NCBI GenBank assembly: GCA_023259375.1
Contig: JAHFQC010000016.1
Span: 11,349-75,348, forward strand
Direction of reading: 5' to 3'
Source of the DNA: Alphaproteobacteria bacterium
Lineage (GTDB): Bacteria; Pseudomonadota; Alphaproteobacteria; Micropepsales; Micropepsaceae
DNA length: 64,000 bases
Shown: piece after piece, positions 38,370 through 49,635 of the stretch
Layout of the letters: each line of letters starts with the position of its first letter
Position numbering within the stretch: position 1 is the first letter of the stretch
Translations under genes and position numbers: made by a program
The notes under the pieces: model-generated
The model's input: the letters and a program-made list of their open reading frames with translations, nothing else
Told to the model about the DNA's origin: nothing
The model's database searches: none

Positions 38370-40306
38370 GCGCCACCGATCCGTTACAGGTATTCCGCGT
38401 CGAGTCCCAGGAGCTGTTGGAACAGATCGAACAGGGTCTGCTCGACCTCGAAAACAATCCCGAAGACGGCGAAACGATCGCCCAGGTTTTCCGCGCGCTT
38501 CACACGCTGAAGGGCTCGGGAGCGATGTTCGGCTTCGAGGCGTTGGCCTCGTTCACCCACCATTGCGAAACCGCGTTCGATCGCGTCCGCAAGGGCAAGG
38601 CCATGGCGACGCCGAAGCTGATCGGTGCCGTTCTGGCCGCTTTGGATCATATGCGCGCGCTGGCCGAAAGTCCCGATGCCAAGTCGGGCAACGGCGAAGC
38701 GCTGCTGACCGGATTGCGCCAAGCGATGGAAGATGAAGGCGAGTGCACCCCAACCTCGCCGCCTTCCAAAACTTGGCGCATCAAATTCACGCTTCCCTCC
38801 GATTGCTTCGTCAACGGCACCCGTCCGCTGGCGTTGCTCGACGAGCTGCGCTCGCTGGGCGAGGCGGACGTGAAGGCGGTGACGGACAGCATCCCGGAAT
38901 TGCCGGCGCTGATCCCCACCGAGTGTCATCTGGCGTGGGATGTGCGGCTGGTGACGGCCCAGCCCCGGTCGGCGATCGAAGACGTGTTCATCTTCGTCAT
39001 CGACGAAATGACATTGAGCATCGAAGAAGAGGGCGCCGCGGCACCCGTAGCAGTCGCAGCGGAGGTTCATGTCGAAGGGCCGAAGGAGGCCAATCCCTCC
39101 GCCGAGAAGTTCGAAACCCGTCATACCATGGCCGGCGAAACCGTCCGCGTTCCAGCCAGCCGCCTCGACGAGTTGCTCGACCAGGTCGGCGAGCTGATGA
39201 TCGCGCAATCGCGCCTCAAGCAGGTTGCGGGCACGATGACGGATACGGGCCTGCGGTCGGTTGCGGAGGAAATCGAGCGTCTGGCCTCGGAACTGCGCGA
39301 CTCCATGATGTTCGTCCGCATGGTGCCGATCAGCCAGTTGTTCGGGCGTTTCCGCCGCCTCATCCACGATCTGGCGCGCGATACCGGCAAGCAGATCGAG
39401 TTCGTCACCGAAGGCGAGACCACCGAGCTCGACAAGACGGTGATCGAACGGCTTGCCGATCCGCTGATCCATCTCATCCGCAATTCCGCCGACCACGGGC
39501 TGGAGACGCCCGAGGAACGCAAGGCCGCCGGCAAGCCGGAAGCGGGCCGTGTGACCTTGTCGGCGCGTCAGGCCGGTGCCGAAGTCGTGATTTCCGTGAT
39601 CGACGACGGCCGCGGCATCGACAAGGACCGCGTGCGGGCCAAGGCCGAAGAGAACGGTCTAGTCGCCCCCGGCGCCGCGTTGAGCGACAACGAAATCAAT
39701 CAGCTCATTTTCCAGCCCGGTTTCTCCACCGCCGCCAAGGTCACCAACCTGTCGGGGCGCGGTGTCGGCATGGACGTGGTCAAGCGTACGATCGAAGGAT
39801 TGCGCGGTGCCATTGAGATGACCTCCAAACAAGGTACCGGTTCGTGCGTGAACCTGCGTATCCCGCTGACGCTGGCGATCATCGACGGGCTTTTGGTGCG
39901 GGTCGGCGGCGGGCGCTATGTGATCCCGCTGTCGTGCGTCGAAGAGTGCGTCGAACTGTCGACCGAGCAGGACGCGCGTTCGACCGGGCGCAATTTCCTC
40001 ACCTTGCGCGACGCGCTGGTTCCGTTCCTCCGGTTGCGCGAGATGTTCGCGACCGGCACGGATCCGGATCGCTATCAGAAGATCGTGGTGGTCTCGACCG
40101 GCGCCGAGCGCGTCGGCTTGGTGGTCGATCAGATCCTTGGACATCACCAGACGGTGATCAAGCCGTTGTCGGTATTCCACGCCGGCGTCGATACATTTTC
40201 CGGTGCGACCATTCTCGGAGACGGCTCGGTCGCGCTGATCCTCGACGTGATGCATCTGGTGGCCGTTGGACAGAAACAGGAGGAGCGGCTTCGCGCCGCG
40301 GTATAA
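38366..40306 (+). CDS. cheA: Chemotaxis histidine kinase
   Basis: FRALHTLKG (Hpt), LIRNSADHG, DDGRG, GFSTA, GRGVGMDVV, PLTLAI, C-terminal CheW domain. Confidence 0.96.
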   Translation: MSATDPLQVFRVESQELLEQIEQGLLDLENNPEDGETIAQVFRALHTLKGSGAMFGFEALASFTHHCETAFDRVRKGKAMATPKLIGAVLAALDHMRALAESPDAKSGNGEALLTGLRQAMEDEGECTPTSPPSKTWRIKFTLPSDCFVNGTRPLALLDELRSLGEADVKAVTDSIPELPALIPTECHLAWDVRLVTAQPRSAIEDVFIFVIDEMTLSIEEEGAAAPVAVAAEVHVEGPKEANPSAEKFETRHTMAGETVRVPASRLDELLDQVGELMIAQSRLKQVAGTMTDTGLRSVAEEIERLASELRDSMMFVRMVPISQLFGRFRRLIHDLARDTGKQIEFVTEGETTELDKTVIERLADPLIHLIRNSADHGLETPEERKAAGKPEAGRVTLSARQAGAEVVISVIDDGRGIDKDRVRAKAEENGLVAPGAALSDNEINQLIFQPGFSTAAKVTNLSGRGVGMDVVKRTIEGLRGAIEMTSKQGTGSCVNLRIPLTLAIIDGLLVRVGGGRYVIPLSCVEECVELSTEQDARSTGRNFLTLRDALVPFLRLREMFATGTDPDRYQKIVVVSTGAERVGLVVDQILGHHQTVIKPLSVFHAGVDTFSGATILGDGSVALILDVMHLVAVGQKQEERLRAAV

Positions 40307-40310
40307 AGCC

Positions 40311-40823
40311 ATGACCGGCGAACAGACAAACGGCTGGGACGATGCTGGCCATATGCAGGTTCTGACCTTCGACATGCACGGCGAGACCTTCGCCATCGAA
40401 GCAGGACTGGTGCGTGAAATCCTCGACCGCATTCCGGAGACCGTCGTTCCCGGCGCCACCGCGATGGTCGGCAGTCTGGTGAATTTCCGCGGACGCGTCA
40501 TTCCGCTGGCGGATCTGCACAAGGCGTTCGGGTTCGAACCCGAGGGTGTGACCGCGGACAGCCGCATCATCGTGATCGAGATCGATATCGACGGCGAGGC
40601 CACGCTGGTCGGCCTCAAAGCCGACAAGGTTCACGAGGTCACCATCCTCGAGAAGGCGGCGGCGGAGTCCGCACCGCGTGTCGGCATGCGCTGGCGGCAG
40701 GATTTCATCCGCTGCCTCGCCAAACGTGCCGGCGACTTCATCGTCGTTCCCGAACTCGAACGGATTTTCGCAACTGGGCGCAGCACCGACGCATCGTCGC
40801 TCGCGTCGTTCACCCAGCACTGA
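40311..40823 (+). CDS. cheW: CheW adaptor 1
   Basis: [37 protein letters not shown]. Confidence 0.92.
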   Translation: MTGEQTNGWDDAGHMQVLTFDMHGETFAIEAGLVREILDRIPETVVPGATAMVGSLVNFRGRVIPLADLHKAFGFEPEGVTADSRIIVIEIDIDGEATLVGLKADKVHEVTILEKAAAESAPRVGMRWRQDFIRCLAKRAGDFIVVPELERIFATGRSTDASSLASFTQH

Positions 40824-40849
40824 ATACTGCAACCGAGGTTTCTGTTGTC

Positions 40850-43366
40850 ATGCGTTTCACGATTAGATTGAAGCTGGTGTCGGCTTTCGCTGTGATTGCC
40901 GTATTGTCCGTCGCCTTGGCGGCGGTTGCCGTTTCGGATGCGGCAACGCAGACGCTGCTGTGGACCATCACGGCGGCGACGCTGTGCGTTTGCGCCGGCT
41001 CGGCGTTCTGGCTGGCCAAAGCGGTGAGCGGCGGCTTCGGCAAGATCTCCGCTGCTGCGACGGCGCTCGCCGATGGCGACCTCAGCCAAACCATCGAGCA
41101 TGGCGCCAACGACGAGATCAAGGATGTTGCGGACGCGCTCAATGCCGCGACGGCCCATCTGCGCGATACGGCCGATGTCGCCACGCGCATCTCGATCGGC
41201 GATCTCAGCCGCGATCCCAAGGTGGTTTCGGATCATGATGCGCTCAACAAGGCGCTGACCCAGGTATTGGTCGCCGAGCGCAAAGTCGCGGCCGGTACGG
41301 AAAAGCTCGCAGTCGGCGATCTCACTTATGACCCCAAGATGCGCTCCGACGGTGACAAGCTGGCCGGCGCCTTGATCAAGATGATGGCGCGCCTCAGGGC
41401 GATCGGTGCCTTCGCCGAGAATCTCGCCAAGGGTGACCTGGCGCGCGATCCCAACATCCTTTCCGAGAACGACGTCATCGGCAAGGCGCTCGCCGACCTC
41501 ATCAGGAACGAACGCCGTGTCGCCGAAGTCATGGACCAGATGGCCCGGGGCGATCTGTCCTATGAGCCCAAGCCGCGGTCGGAGAACGACAAGCTCGTCA
41601 TTGCCATGAAGGAAATGGTTCTGGCGTTGCGCGACAGTGCCGCCGTGGCCCAAGCCATCGCTATCGGCGATCTCAGCAAAGATCCGACCATCCGCTCTGA
41701 CAAGGACGATTTCGGCAAGGCACTGACGGCGGTCGTCGTGGCCGAGCGCAAGGTTGCGGCGGGCATGGAGAAGATCGCCGTCGGCGATCTCAGCTACGAC
41801 CCCAAGATGCGGTCGGACGGCGACAAGCTGGCCGGCTCTTTGATCAAGATGATGGCGCGGCAGCGCCGGATCGAGGACATCGCCAAGAAACTCGCCGTCG
41901 GCGATCTCACGGCGGAAGCGCAGATCCTGTCCGATAAGGACGAAATCGGAAAGTCACTGAACCAGCTCGTCAACATGGAACGCCGCATCGCCGGCTTGAT
42001 GGACGACCTCGCCAAGGGCGATCTGACGTACGAACCCAAGCCGCGGTCGGAGAACGACAAGCTGGTCATCGCGATGAAGCAGATGGTCCTGTCGCTGCGC
42101 GACAGTGCGGCCGTGGCCCACGCCATCGCCCTCGGCGACCTGACCAAGGACCCGACCGTTCGTTCCGACAAGGACGAATTCGGCAAGGCGCTGGTCGCGG
42201 TCGTCACGGCCGAGCGCAAGGTCGCGGCCGGCATGGAGAAAATCTCTCTCGGCGACCTCAGCTACGATCCCAAGATGCGGTCCGACGGCGACAAGCTGGC
42301 GTCCTCGCTCATCCTCATGGTCAAGACCCTGCGCGAAATCGCCTCGCTGGCGGGCCAGATCGCCGACGGCGACCTCACGGTCAACGTCAAGCCTCAGTCG
42401 GATAAGGACGAAATCGGCAACGCGCTGCGGACAATGGTCGAGCGCCTGCGCGGTGTGGTGGGCGACGCGGTTGCGGCCGCCAACAACGTCTCGGCGGGCA
42501 GCCAGGAATTGTCGGCCACGGCGGAACAAATGAGCCAGGGCGCCACCGAACAGGCGTCGTCGGCCGAAGAAGCCTCCGCTTCGATGGAAGAGATGGCCTC
42601 CAACATCAAGCAGAACGCCGATAACGCCTCGCAGACCGAGAAGATCTCGAAACAGTCGGCCAAGGATGCCGAAGCCTCTGGCGAGGCCGTCAACAAGGCG
42701 GTCGCCGCGATGCAGACTATCGCCGAGAAGATCACCATCGTGCAGGAAATCGCCCGTCAGACCGACTTGCTCGCTCTGAACGCGGCGGTGGAAGCGGCCC
42801 GCGCCGGCGAACATGGCAAGGGCTTTGCGGTGGTCGCTTCGGAAGTGCGCAAGCTGGCCGAACGCAGCCAGACGGCGGCGACCGAAATCAGCGGCTTGTC
42901 GACAGAGACGGTGAAGGCCGCTCAGACGGCCGGTGAAATGCTGGTCAAGCTGGTGCCCGACATCCGTAAGACGGCCGAACTGGTGGCGGAAATCTCCGCG
43001 GCCTGCCGCGAACAGGACATCGGCGCCTCGCAGATCAACGAAGCCATCCAGCAGCTCGACAAGGTCACCCAGCAGAACTCGTCTTCGTCCGAGGAAATGT
43101 CGGCGACCAGTGAGGAGCTCGCTTCGCAGGCCGAAGAACTGCAGACTTCGATCGCCTATTTCCGCACCGACGATACCGCCGGCCAGCACGGCGGGGCGAC
43201 TGCGCGCAAGCGGCCGGTGGCACGGTCCGGCGCGAAAGGCATCGAGACCGGCAAGGTTGTGCGTCCTGCTCCTAACACGGTGGCGGAACAGCAGGCTCGT
43301 GCCAAGGGGTTCGCCCTCGACATGAACCAGCACGACGCGGACAGCGGTTTCAAGGAATACGCCTGA
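40850..43366 (+). CDS. Methyl-accepting chemotaxis protein 1: TM hairpin without periplasmic domain, 12 HAMP modules
   Basis: 12 GDL-anchored modules of about 39 aa; [40 protein letters not shown]; ends GFKEYA. Confidence 0.95.
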   Translation: MRFTIRLKLVSAFAVIAVLSVALAAVAVSDAATQTLLWTITAATLCVCAGSAFWLAKAVSGGFGKISAAATALADGDLSQTIEHGANDEIKDVADALNAATAHLRDTADVATRISIGDLSRDPKVVSDHDALNKALTQVLVAERKVAAGTEKLAVGDLTYDPKMRSDGDKLAGALIKMMARLRAIGAFAENLAKGDLARDPNILSENDVIGKALADLIRNERRVAEVMDQMARGDLSYEPKPRSENDKLVIAMKEMVLALRDSAAVAQAIAIGDLSKDPTIRSDKDDFGKALTAVVVAERKVAAGMEKIAVGDLSYDPKMRSDGDKLAGSLIKMMARQRRIEDIAKKLAVGDLTAEAQILSDKDEIGKSLNQLVNMERRIAGLMDDLAKGDLTYEPKPRSENDKLVIAMKQMVLSLRDSAAVAHAIALGDLTKDPTVRSDKDEFGKALVAVVTAERKVAAGMEKISLGDLSYDPKMRSDGDKLASSLILMVKTLREIASLAGQIADGDLTVNVKPQSDKDEIGNALRTMVERLRGVVGDAVAAANNVSAGSQELSATAEQMSQGATEQASSAEEASASMEEMASNIKQNADNASQTEKISKQSAKDAEASGEAVNKAVAAMQTIAEKITIVQEIARQTDLLALNAAVEAARAGEHGKGFAVVASEVRKLAERSQTAATEISGLSTETVKAAQTAGEMLVKLVPDIRKTAELVAEISAACREQDIGASQINEAIQQLDKVTQQNSSSSEEMSATSEELASQAEELQTSIAYFRTDDTAGQHGGATARKRPVARSGAKGIETGKVVRPAPNTVAEQQARAKGFALDMNQHDADSGFKEYA

Positions 43367-43511
43367 TCACGGTGCTCGATATGAAGACGCGGAACAGTGT
43401 CGTGAATACGGCTGAGTACATTCAAAACGACGTCAGAGGAGACTTCTTCAACTTACGTCTGGTCACGGCCTAGGGGGCATTCTGGCTCGGACGTTTTCCC
43501 GGGAGGGGGAT

Positions 43512-45554
43512 ATGCGGTTCACTATCAAAACGACTCTTGCATTGTCTTTTGGATTAATCGCGGTTCTGTCTGTGGCGCTGATGGCGACCGCATTCAGCGG
43601 GATGAACGGACTCCTTCCCGGCACACTCGCTGCAGTGATTGCCGTCACGGCCATTGCAGGAGGCCTCTGGGCGACGCGTTCGGTCGCCGGCGGCTTGAAA
43701 CAGGTGAGCGTCGCCGTGCGGGCGCTGGCGAAGGGCGATCTTGATTGTTCGATCGAGCGTCGCGGCGACGACGAAATCAAGGATGTCGCCGAGAGCCTTG
43801 CTGCCGTCGCCGCTAACCTCAAAACGACGACCAATATCGTCACCCGTATGTCGGTGGGCGATTTGAGCCGCGATCCGGCGCCGGCTTCGGAGAAAGACGC
43901 GCTGAACAAGGCGCTGCAGCTTGTTGTGGCCGCGGAGCGCCGCATTTCGGCCGGAACCGAAAAGGCCGCCGTCGGAGATCTGTCTTACACACCCAAGATG
44001 CGGTCGGAGAACGACAGGCTGGCGGGTTCGCTGATCGCGATGATGAATCGCTTCCGCGACATCGCCGCGCTCGCTGAGCGGATGGCTATCGGCGATCTGT
44101 CGAAGACGCCGGACGTGCTGTCGGACGCCGACGTCATCGGCAAGTCGCTCGCCGACCTCGTGATCACGGAACGGAAGATCGCCGAGGATATGATCCAGGT
44201 GGCAAAGGGTGACCTGTCGTTCGAGCCCAAGCCGCGCTCCGACGCCGACAAGCTCGCGATCTCGATCCGCGACATGGTCCATTCGCTGCGGGAGAGCGCG
44301 ATCGTGGCGCACGCCATCGCGGTCGGAGATCTCACCAAGGATCCGGTGGTCCATTCCGAGAAGGACGAACTCGGCAAGGCATTGACGGCGGTTGTCACGG
44401 CCGAGCGTCGCGTCGTTGGCGGCATGGAAAAGATCGCCATCGGCGATCTCAGCTACGACCCGCATATGCGTTCGGACGGTGACAAGCTCGTCGTCGCCCT
44501 GATCGCGATGGTGAAGACGCTGCGCGAAATCGCTGCCATGGCGGAGAAAATTGCGGAAGGCGACTTGACCGTCGATGTCCAGGCGCAGTCGGAAAAGGAC
44601 GAGATCGGCAACGCCCTGCGGGTGATGGTCGAGCGCCTGCGTGGTGTCGTCGGCGATGCCGCCGCGGCGTCCAACAACGTCTCGGCGGGCAGCCAGGAAT
44701 TGTCGGCCACGGCCGAGCAGATCAGCCAGGGCGCGACCGAACAGGCGTCATCGGCCGAAGAAGCGTCGGCTTCGATGGAGGAGATGGCCTCCAACATCAA
44801 GCAGAACGCCGACAACGCCTCGCAGACTGAGAAGATCTCCAAGCAATCGGCCAAGGATGCCGAAGCCTCGGGCGATGCGGTCAACAAGGCGGTCAACGCC
44901 ATGCAGACAATCGCCGAGAAGATCACTATCGTCCAGGAAATCGCCCGCCAGACCGACTTGCTGGCCCTGAACGCGGCGGTGGAAGCGGCACGCGCCGGCG
45001 AACACGGCAAGGGCTTTGCCGTCGTAGCGTCGGAAGTGCGCAAGCTGGCCGAACGCAGCCAGACGGCGGCGACCGAAATCAGTGGCCTGTCGAGCGAAAC
45101 CGTGCGCGCCGCGGCGTCGGCTGGCGAAATGCTGGCCAAGCTGGTGCCGGATATCCGGAAGACGGCCGAACTGGTGGCGGAAATCTCCGCGGCCTGCCGC
45201 GAGCAGGATATCGGTGCCTCGCAGATCAACGAAGCCATCCAGCAGCTCGATAAGGTTACCCAGCAGAACGCCTCGGCCTCCGAGGAAATGTCGGCGACAT
45301 CCGAGGAACTCGCCTCGCAGGCCGAAGAACTGCAGACGTCTATCGCTTACTTCCGCACCGATCTCGCGGGGGGCAATCAAACCCGCACGCCCGAGAATAA
45401 GCCCGTCAATTCCGCCGGACGGCCCGCCGTCAAGTCCGTGAGCAAAACCAAGCCGGCTCGCGGCTCCGTTGCGGAACAGCAGGCGCGGGCCAAGGGATTC
45501 GCACTCGATATGTCGGGCCAGTCGGACGCCGACGGCTTCAAGGAATACGCGTGA
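43512..45554 (+). CDS. Methyl-accepting chemotaxis protein 2: TM hairpin without periplasmic domain, 8 HAMP modules
   Basis: 8 GDL modules; signalling domain nearly identical to MCP1; ends GFKEYA. Confidence 0.95.
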   Translation: MRFTIKTTLALSFGLIAVLSVALMATAFSGMNGLLPGTLAAVIAVTAIAGGLWATRSVAGGLKQVSVAVRALAKGDLDCSIERRGDDEIKDVAESLAAVAANLKTTTNIVTRMSVGDLSRDPAPASEKDALNKALQLVVAAERRISAGTEKAAVGDLSYTPKMRSENDRLAGSLIAMMNRFRDIAALAERMAIGDLSKTPDVLSDADVIGKSLADLVITERKIAEDMIQVAKGDLSFEPKPRSDADKLAISIRDMVHSLRESAIVAHAIAVGDLTKDPVVHSEKDELGKALTAVVTAERRVVGGMEKIAIGDLSYDPHMRSDGDKLVVALIAMVKTLREIAAMAEKIAEGDLTVDVQAQSEKDEIGNALRVMVERLRGVVGDAAAASNNVSAGSQELSATAEQISQGATEQASSAEEASASMEEMASNIKQNADNASQTEKISKQSAKDAEASGDAVNKAVNAMQTIAEKITIVQEIARQTDLLALNAAVEAARAGEHGKGFAVVASEVRKLAERSQTAATEISGLSSETVRAAASAGEMLAKLVPDIRKTAELVAEISAACREQDIGASQINEAIQQLDKVTQQNASASEEMSATSEELASQAEELQTSIAYFRTDLAGGNQTRTPENKPVNSAGRPAVKSVSKTKPARGSVAEQQARAKGFALDMSGQSDADGFKEYA

Positions 45555-45600
45555 GGCAACTGCCTCTGGTTCATCAATCTGACACCTCTGGAAGGGAAAA

Positions 45601-47409
45601 ATGCGCTTCACCATCAAACTGAAACTGGCTGCCACGTTCGGGCTCATCGCCACGATGCTTTTGGTCGCGGCCTTTGTCGCTGTGAACAGTCTCGGTTCGC
45701 TCAACGAGACTTTGAAGACCATGATCGCCGGGCCGGTGGAGCGCATGAACATCGTCTTGAACATCCACGATTCCTTCATGGACATCGCTCGGACCCAGAA
45801 GAACATGATCCTGGAGTCGGACGCGCAGGACATCCGTACCTACGATGAGAAATTGTCGAAGTTACGCGGCGAGGTTGATGAGTACATCAAGAATGGTGAA
45901 GCCATTGCCTCTACCGAGGGCAAGGTCAAATACGAACAGGTTCGGTCGGCTTGGGAAACCTTCAAGCCGCTCGATATGAAACTGCGCCAGTTGGCGATCG
46001 AGGGCAAGGACGCGGAGGCAACCGCCTTGTCGTTCGGCGAACTGCGCAAGGCCAACAACACCATCACGGGCTTGGCCGATGAAATGGTCGAACTGACACG
46101 AGCGCAGTTGAAACAGGCTGAAGCGGATGCGGATGCATCCTACCAGAATACGCGCAGCGTTCTGATCGGTGTCGTTATACTGGCTTTGGTGCTGGCCGTC
46201 GTTTCCGCCGCCTGGGTGATGATCTCGATCAACACCGGCCTTAAGAAGATCAATCTGATGGCCCAAGCGGTGGCAATCGGCGATCTCGATCAGCATATCG
46301 ACGTTAAGACCAACGACGAAATCAAGGACGTAGTCGACTCCGTCAACACGATGACGGCCAATCTGCGGAACACCGCGGGTATTGCCGACAAGATCGCCGC
46401 CGGCGATCTCACCGTTCAGCCCAAGGCGATGTCGGAGAAGGACAAGCTGGGCAGGGCGCTGGAGAGCATGGTCGAACGCCTGCGCAGCGTCGTGAGTGAT
46501 GCGATCGCGGCGGCCAACAACGTCTCGTCGGGTAGCCAGGAACTGTCGGCAACCTCGGAGCAGATGAGCCAGGGCGCCACGGAACAGGCGTCGTCGGCCG
46601 AAGAAGCCTCCGCTTCGATGGAAGAGATGGCCTCCAACATCAAGCAGAACGCCGATAACGCCTCGCAGACCGAGAAGATCTCGAAGCAGTCGGCCAAGGA
46701 TGCTGAGGCCTCCGGCGATGCCGTCAACAAGGCCGTCGCTGCGATGCAGACCATCGCCGAGAAGATCACCATCGTGCAGGAAATCGCTCGTCAGACCGAC
46801 TTGCTGGCCCTGAACGCGGCGGTGGAAGCGGCGCGGGCCGGCGAACACGGCAAGGGATTCGCGGTGGTCGCGTCGGAAGTGCGCAAGCTGGCCGAACGCA
46901 GCCAGACGGCGGCGACCGAGATCAGCGGGTTGTCGGGCGAGACCGTGCGCGCGGCGCAGTCGGCCGGCGAGATGTTGTCGAAGCTGGTGCCCGACATCCA
47001 CAAGACGGCCGAACTGGTGGCCGAAATTTCTGCGGCCTGCCGCGAACAGGACATCGGCGCCTCGCAGATCAACGAAGCCATCCAGCAGCTCGACAAGGTC
47101 ACCCAGCAAAACGCCTCGGCGTCCGAGGAAATGTCGGCGACGAGCGAGGAACTCGCCTCGCAGGCCGAGGAGTTGCAGGCCTCGATCGCCTACTTCCGCA
47201 CCGATAACACGGGCGGGCAGGTCCAAGCGGTCTCTAAGCACGTGTCCCTCGCGGGCACCAAGCCGGCTGTCAAAGCGGCGAAAGGGATGACCAGGACGGC
47301 CAATCGCGGCGCCAGTGCTGTCGCCGAACAGCAGGCGAGGGCAAAAGGCTTCGCGCTCGACTTGTCGAAGGTCCATCCCGACGACGACGGGTTCAAGGAG
47401 TACGCCTGA
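45601..47409 (+). CDS. Methyl-accepting chemotaxis protein 3: periplasmic four-helix-bundle-type sensor, 2 HAMP modules
   Basis: TM1, about 160-aa periplasmic region ([11 protein letters not shown]), TM2, 2 HAMP modules, signalling domain. Confidence 0.95.
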   Translation: MRFTIKLKLAATFGLIATMLLVAAFVAVNSLGSLNETLKTMIAGPVERMNIVLNIHDSFMDIARTQKNMILESDAQDIRTYDEKLSKLRGEVDEYIKNGEAIASTEGKVKYEQVRSAWETFKPLDMKLRQLAIEGKDAEATALSFGELRKANNTITGLADEMVELTRAQLKQAEADADASYQNTRSVLIGVVILALVLAVVSAAWVMISINTGLKKINLMAQAVAIGDLDQHIDVKTNDEIKDVVDSVNTMTANLRNTAGIADKIAAGDLTVQPKAMSEKDKLGRALESMVERLRSVVSDAIAAANNVSSGSQELSATSEQMSQGATEQASSAEEASASMEEMASNIKQNADNASQTEKISKQSAKDAEASGDAVNKAVAAMQTIAEKITIVQEIARQTDLLALNAAVEAARAGEHGKGFAVVASEVRKLAERSQTAATEISGLSGETVRAAQSAGEMLSKLVPDIHKTAELVAEISAACREQDIGASQINEAIQQLDKVTQQNASASEEMSATSEELASQAEELQASIAYFRTDNTGGQVQAVSKHVSLAGTKPAVKAAKGMTRTANRGASAVAEQQARAKGFALDLSKVHPDDDGFKEYA

Positions 47410-47410
47410 A

Positions 47411-47911
47411 ATGGAAGCTGTCGACAATCAATTCGTGACGTTGTGCCTCGGTGCGGAAGTCTTCGCGGTGCCGGTGTCGATGGTTCGCGAGATCCTCGAC
47501 TACCGCGACAGCTTCCGCATCCCGGATGGGCCTGACTATCTGCTTGGATTGATCGACGTACGCGGTCGCGGCACGCCGGTGATCGATCTCAGGTCCAAGC
47601 TCGGCATGGCGAAGGTGCCGCCGGACTCGGCGACGCGGATCATGGTCCTCGACGTTCCGCTGGCGGACCGCACGCTTGCCCTCGGGCTGGTTGCCGACCG
47701 CGTACTGGAAGTGGCGACTTTCACCGAGGACCAGATCGAAGGCGCGCCCGACGTGGGCGTCGCCTGGCGATCGGATTACATCGCGGGTGTCGTGCGCCGG
47801 GATGGTGGCTTCGTCGTTCTGTTCAATTTGTCGAAGCTGCTCACCGCCGACGTCGCATCGCTCAGCTCTTTCAACCATCAGGCGGGCGAGAAGAGTCGCC
47901 CGGCTGCCTGA
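47411..47911 (+). CDS. cheW: CheW adaptor 2
   Basis: QFVTLCLGAEVFAV, LIDVRGRGTPVIDLR, LGLVADRVLEV. Confidence 0.92.
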   Translation: MEAVDNQFVTLCLGAEVFAVPVSMVREILDYRDSFRIPDGPDYLLGLIDVRGRGTPVIDLRSKLGMAKVPPDSATRIMVLDVPLADRTLALGLVADRVLEVATFTEDQIEGAPDVGVAWRSDYIAGVVRRDGGFVVLFNLSKLLTADVASLSSFNHQAGEKSRPAA

Positions 47912-47929
47912 TCACATCACAGGTTTTTC

Positions 47930-49555
47930 ATGTCATCCCGAGTAACGCTTGTCCTCCCGCTGCTGGTCGCTTTCGCGTCCGCGGCTCAAGCCGCTTCACA
48001 AACCGACACGCAGGATCTGCAGCGTCAAATCCAGGCCATGCAGTCCCAGTTCGACAATCTCAAGAGGTCGTCGGACGACAAAGTCGACGAGATGCAGCGC
48101 AAGCTCGCTGCATTTCAGGATCAGTATGCGGCGGAGAAAAAGAAAGACACCGGCGCGCGCGTGTCGCTGGTCAACGGTTCACCGACCATCAGTTCGGCCG
48201 ACAATTCGTTCTCGATCGGCCTGACTGGACTGATGCAGGTCGACTATGGCTATTACATGCAGGGCAAGAACGCGACGACGTTGGGGCCGTCCTATGGACC
48301 GGACCTGTCCAGCGGCACCAACGTTCGCCGTTCCGCCATCGGCGTAAAGGGCAAGATGTTCGGCGACTGGTCGTACCTGTTGCTCTACAACTTCGGCAAC
48401 TCCGCGATCGAAACGCCCGGCAGCATTCTGTACTCATACATCCAGTATGACGGGTTCGGGCCGTTGACCATCCGGGCCGGCGCCATCGCACCGCCTTCGA
48501 GCATCGAGGACGGCACCAGCCCGGCGGATCTGATGTTCATCGAGCGCAATTCGTCGTCCAACCTGCAGCGCAACATTGCCGGTGCCGAGGGAAGGGCTGG
48601 TGTCACGGTCGCCTATGCCGGTGACCGGCTGTTTGCCGCGCTGTCCTATTCCGGCGGCAAGGTGCAGGATGCCGGCGTGTTCGACGAACAGATGGCGGTG
48701 GTCGGGCGCTTGTCCTATTTGGCCTATGCCGATCAGGAGCGTGACCAGCATCTCATCGTCGGCGGCAACTTCATTCATGTGTTCAAGCTGCCGGACATGG
48801 TCGCGGGTGGCCAAGCCACGCAGCAGACCACGCCTGGCGGAACGCCGCTGCATTGCTTCACGCTGGCGGATTTCCCGGAACTGACCGTCGACTCGACGGC
48901 CACCAAGCTCGTCAACACCGGTAGCCTGTCGGCCAATCATGTCACCAGCGCCGGCCTGGAAACCGCGGGCAACTGGAAGAACTTCTACGTCCAGTCGGCG
49001 TACTATCTCTATCAGATCGATCGTGCGCCCATCGCCTACAATGTCTACTCGGCGCCGTCGACCTACGCGGCGCAGACCGTCAGCCCCAGCAACAACGACT
49101 TTCACGGCTGGTATGTGCAGGCGAGCTGGGTCCTGACTGGCGAAAGCAAGCCGTTCATCAAATCGACCAGCGCGTTCGGCAATCCGAAGCCGTTCCATCC
49201 GCTTTCCGTCAAGGATGGCGGCTGGGGCGCGTGGGAACTGGCCGCGCGCTACTCGACGCTGAATCTCAACAGCCACGAGAACAGCGCCGACAACATCGTG
49301 ACCGGCTGGAGCGGCAACCAGAAGACCTACACCTTCTACAACACGGTACGCGGCGGCAATCAGCGGATCGCCACCGTCGGCCTCAACTGGTACCCGGTCA
49401 GCACCATCCGTCTGTTGTTCAACTATCTGTATGTCGAATCCGACCGCACCCAGGCTCCTGGGCCCATCGTCTCGACCTCTACGCCGGATCTTCCCGCCGT
49501 TGCTGTCGGCCAGAGCTACAGCGCTGCTGCGATCCGTCTCCAAGTAGCCTTCTAA
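47930..49555 (+). CDS. OprO/OprP-family anion-selective porin with N-terminal coiled coil
   Basis: Signal peptide; GTNVRRS, SIEDGTSPADLMFIER, WELAARYS, GLNWYP; ends RLQVAF. Confidence 0.85.
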   Translation: MSSRVTLVLPLLVAFASAAQAASQTDTQDLQRQIQAMQSQFDNLKRSSDDKVDEMQRKLAAFQDQYAAEKKKDTGARVSLVNGSPTISSADNSFSIGLTGLMQVDYGYYMQGKNATTLGPSYGPDLSSGTNVRRSAIGVKGKMFGDWSYLLLYNFGNSAIETPGSILYSYIQYDGFGPLTIRAGAIAPPSSIEDGTSPADLMFIERNSSSNLQRNIAGAEGRAGVTVAYAGDRLFAALSYSGGKVQDAGVFDEQMAVVGRLSYLAYADQERDQHLIVGGNFIHVFKLPDMVAGGQATQQTTPGGTPLHCFTLADFPELTVDSTATKLVNTGSLSANHVTSAGLETAGNWKNFYVQSAYYLYQIDRAPIAYNVYSAPSTYAAQTVSPSNNDFHGWYVQASWVLTGESKPFIKSTSAFGNPKPFHPLSVKDGGWGAWELAARYSTLNLNSHENSADNIVTGWSGNQKTYTFYNTVRGGNQRIATVGLNWYPVSTIRLLFNYLYVESDRTQAPGPIVSTSTPDLPAVAVGQSYSAAAIRLQVAF

Positions 49556-49635
49556 TCCCAGATCCCATTGCAGTGGTGTGACGCTGCAATGGGACCGAAC
49601 TCTATCAAAGCACTGTGTGCATACGAGGGTTTGTT

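Noticed and set aside
41030-44640. CRISPR-like or non-coding repeat array
   Set aside because: The repeats are in-frame 117-bp HAMP modules inside open MCP genes, with no identical repeat/unique spacer pattern and no cas genes
41954-47427. Long minus-strand ORFs opposite the MCP genes
   Set aside because: Antisense shadows, repeated only because the MCP genes are repeated
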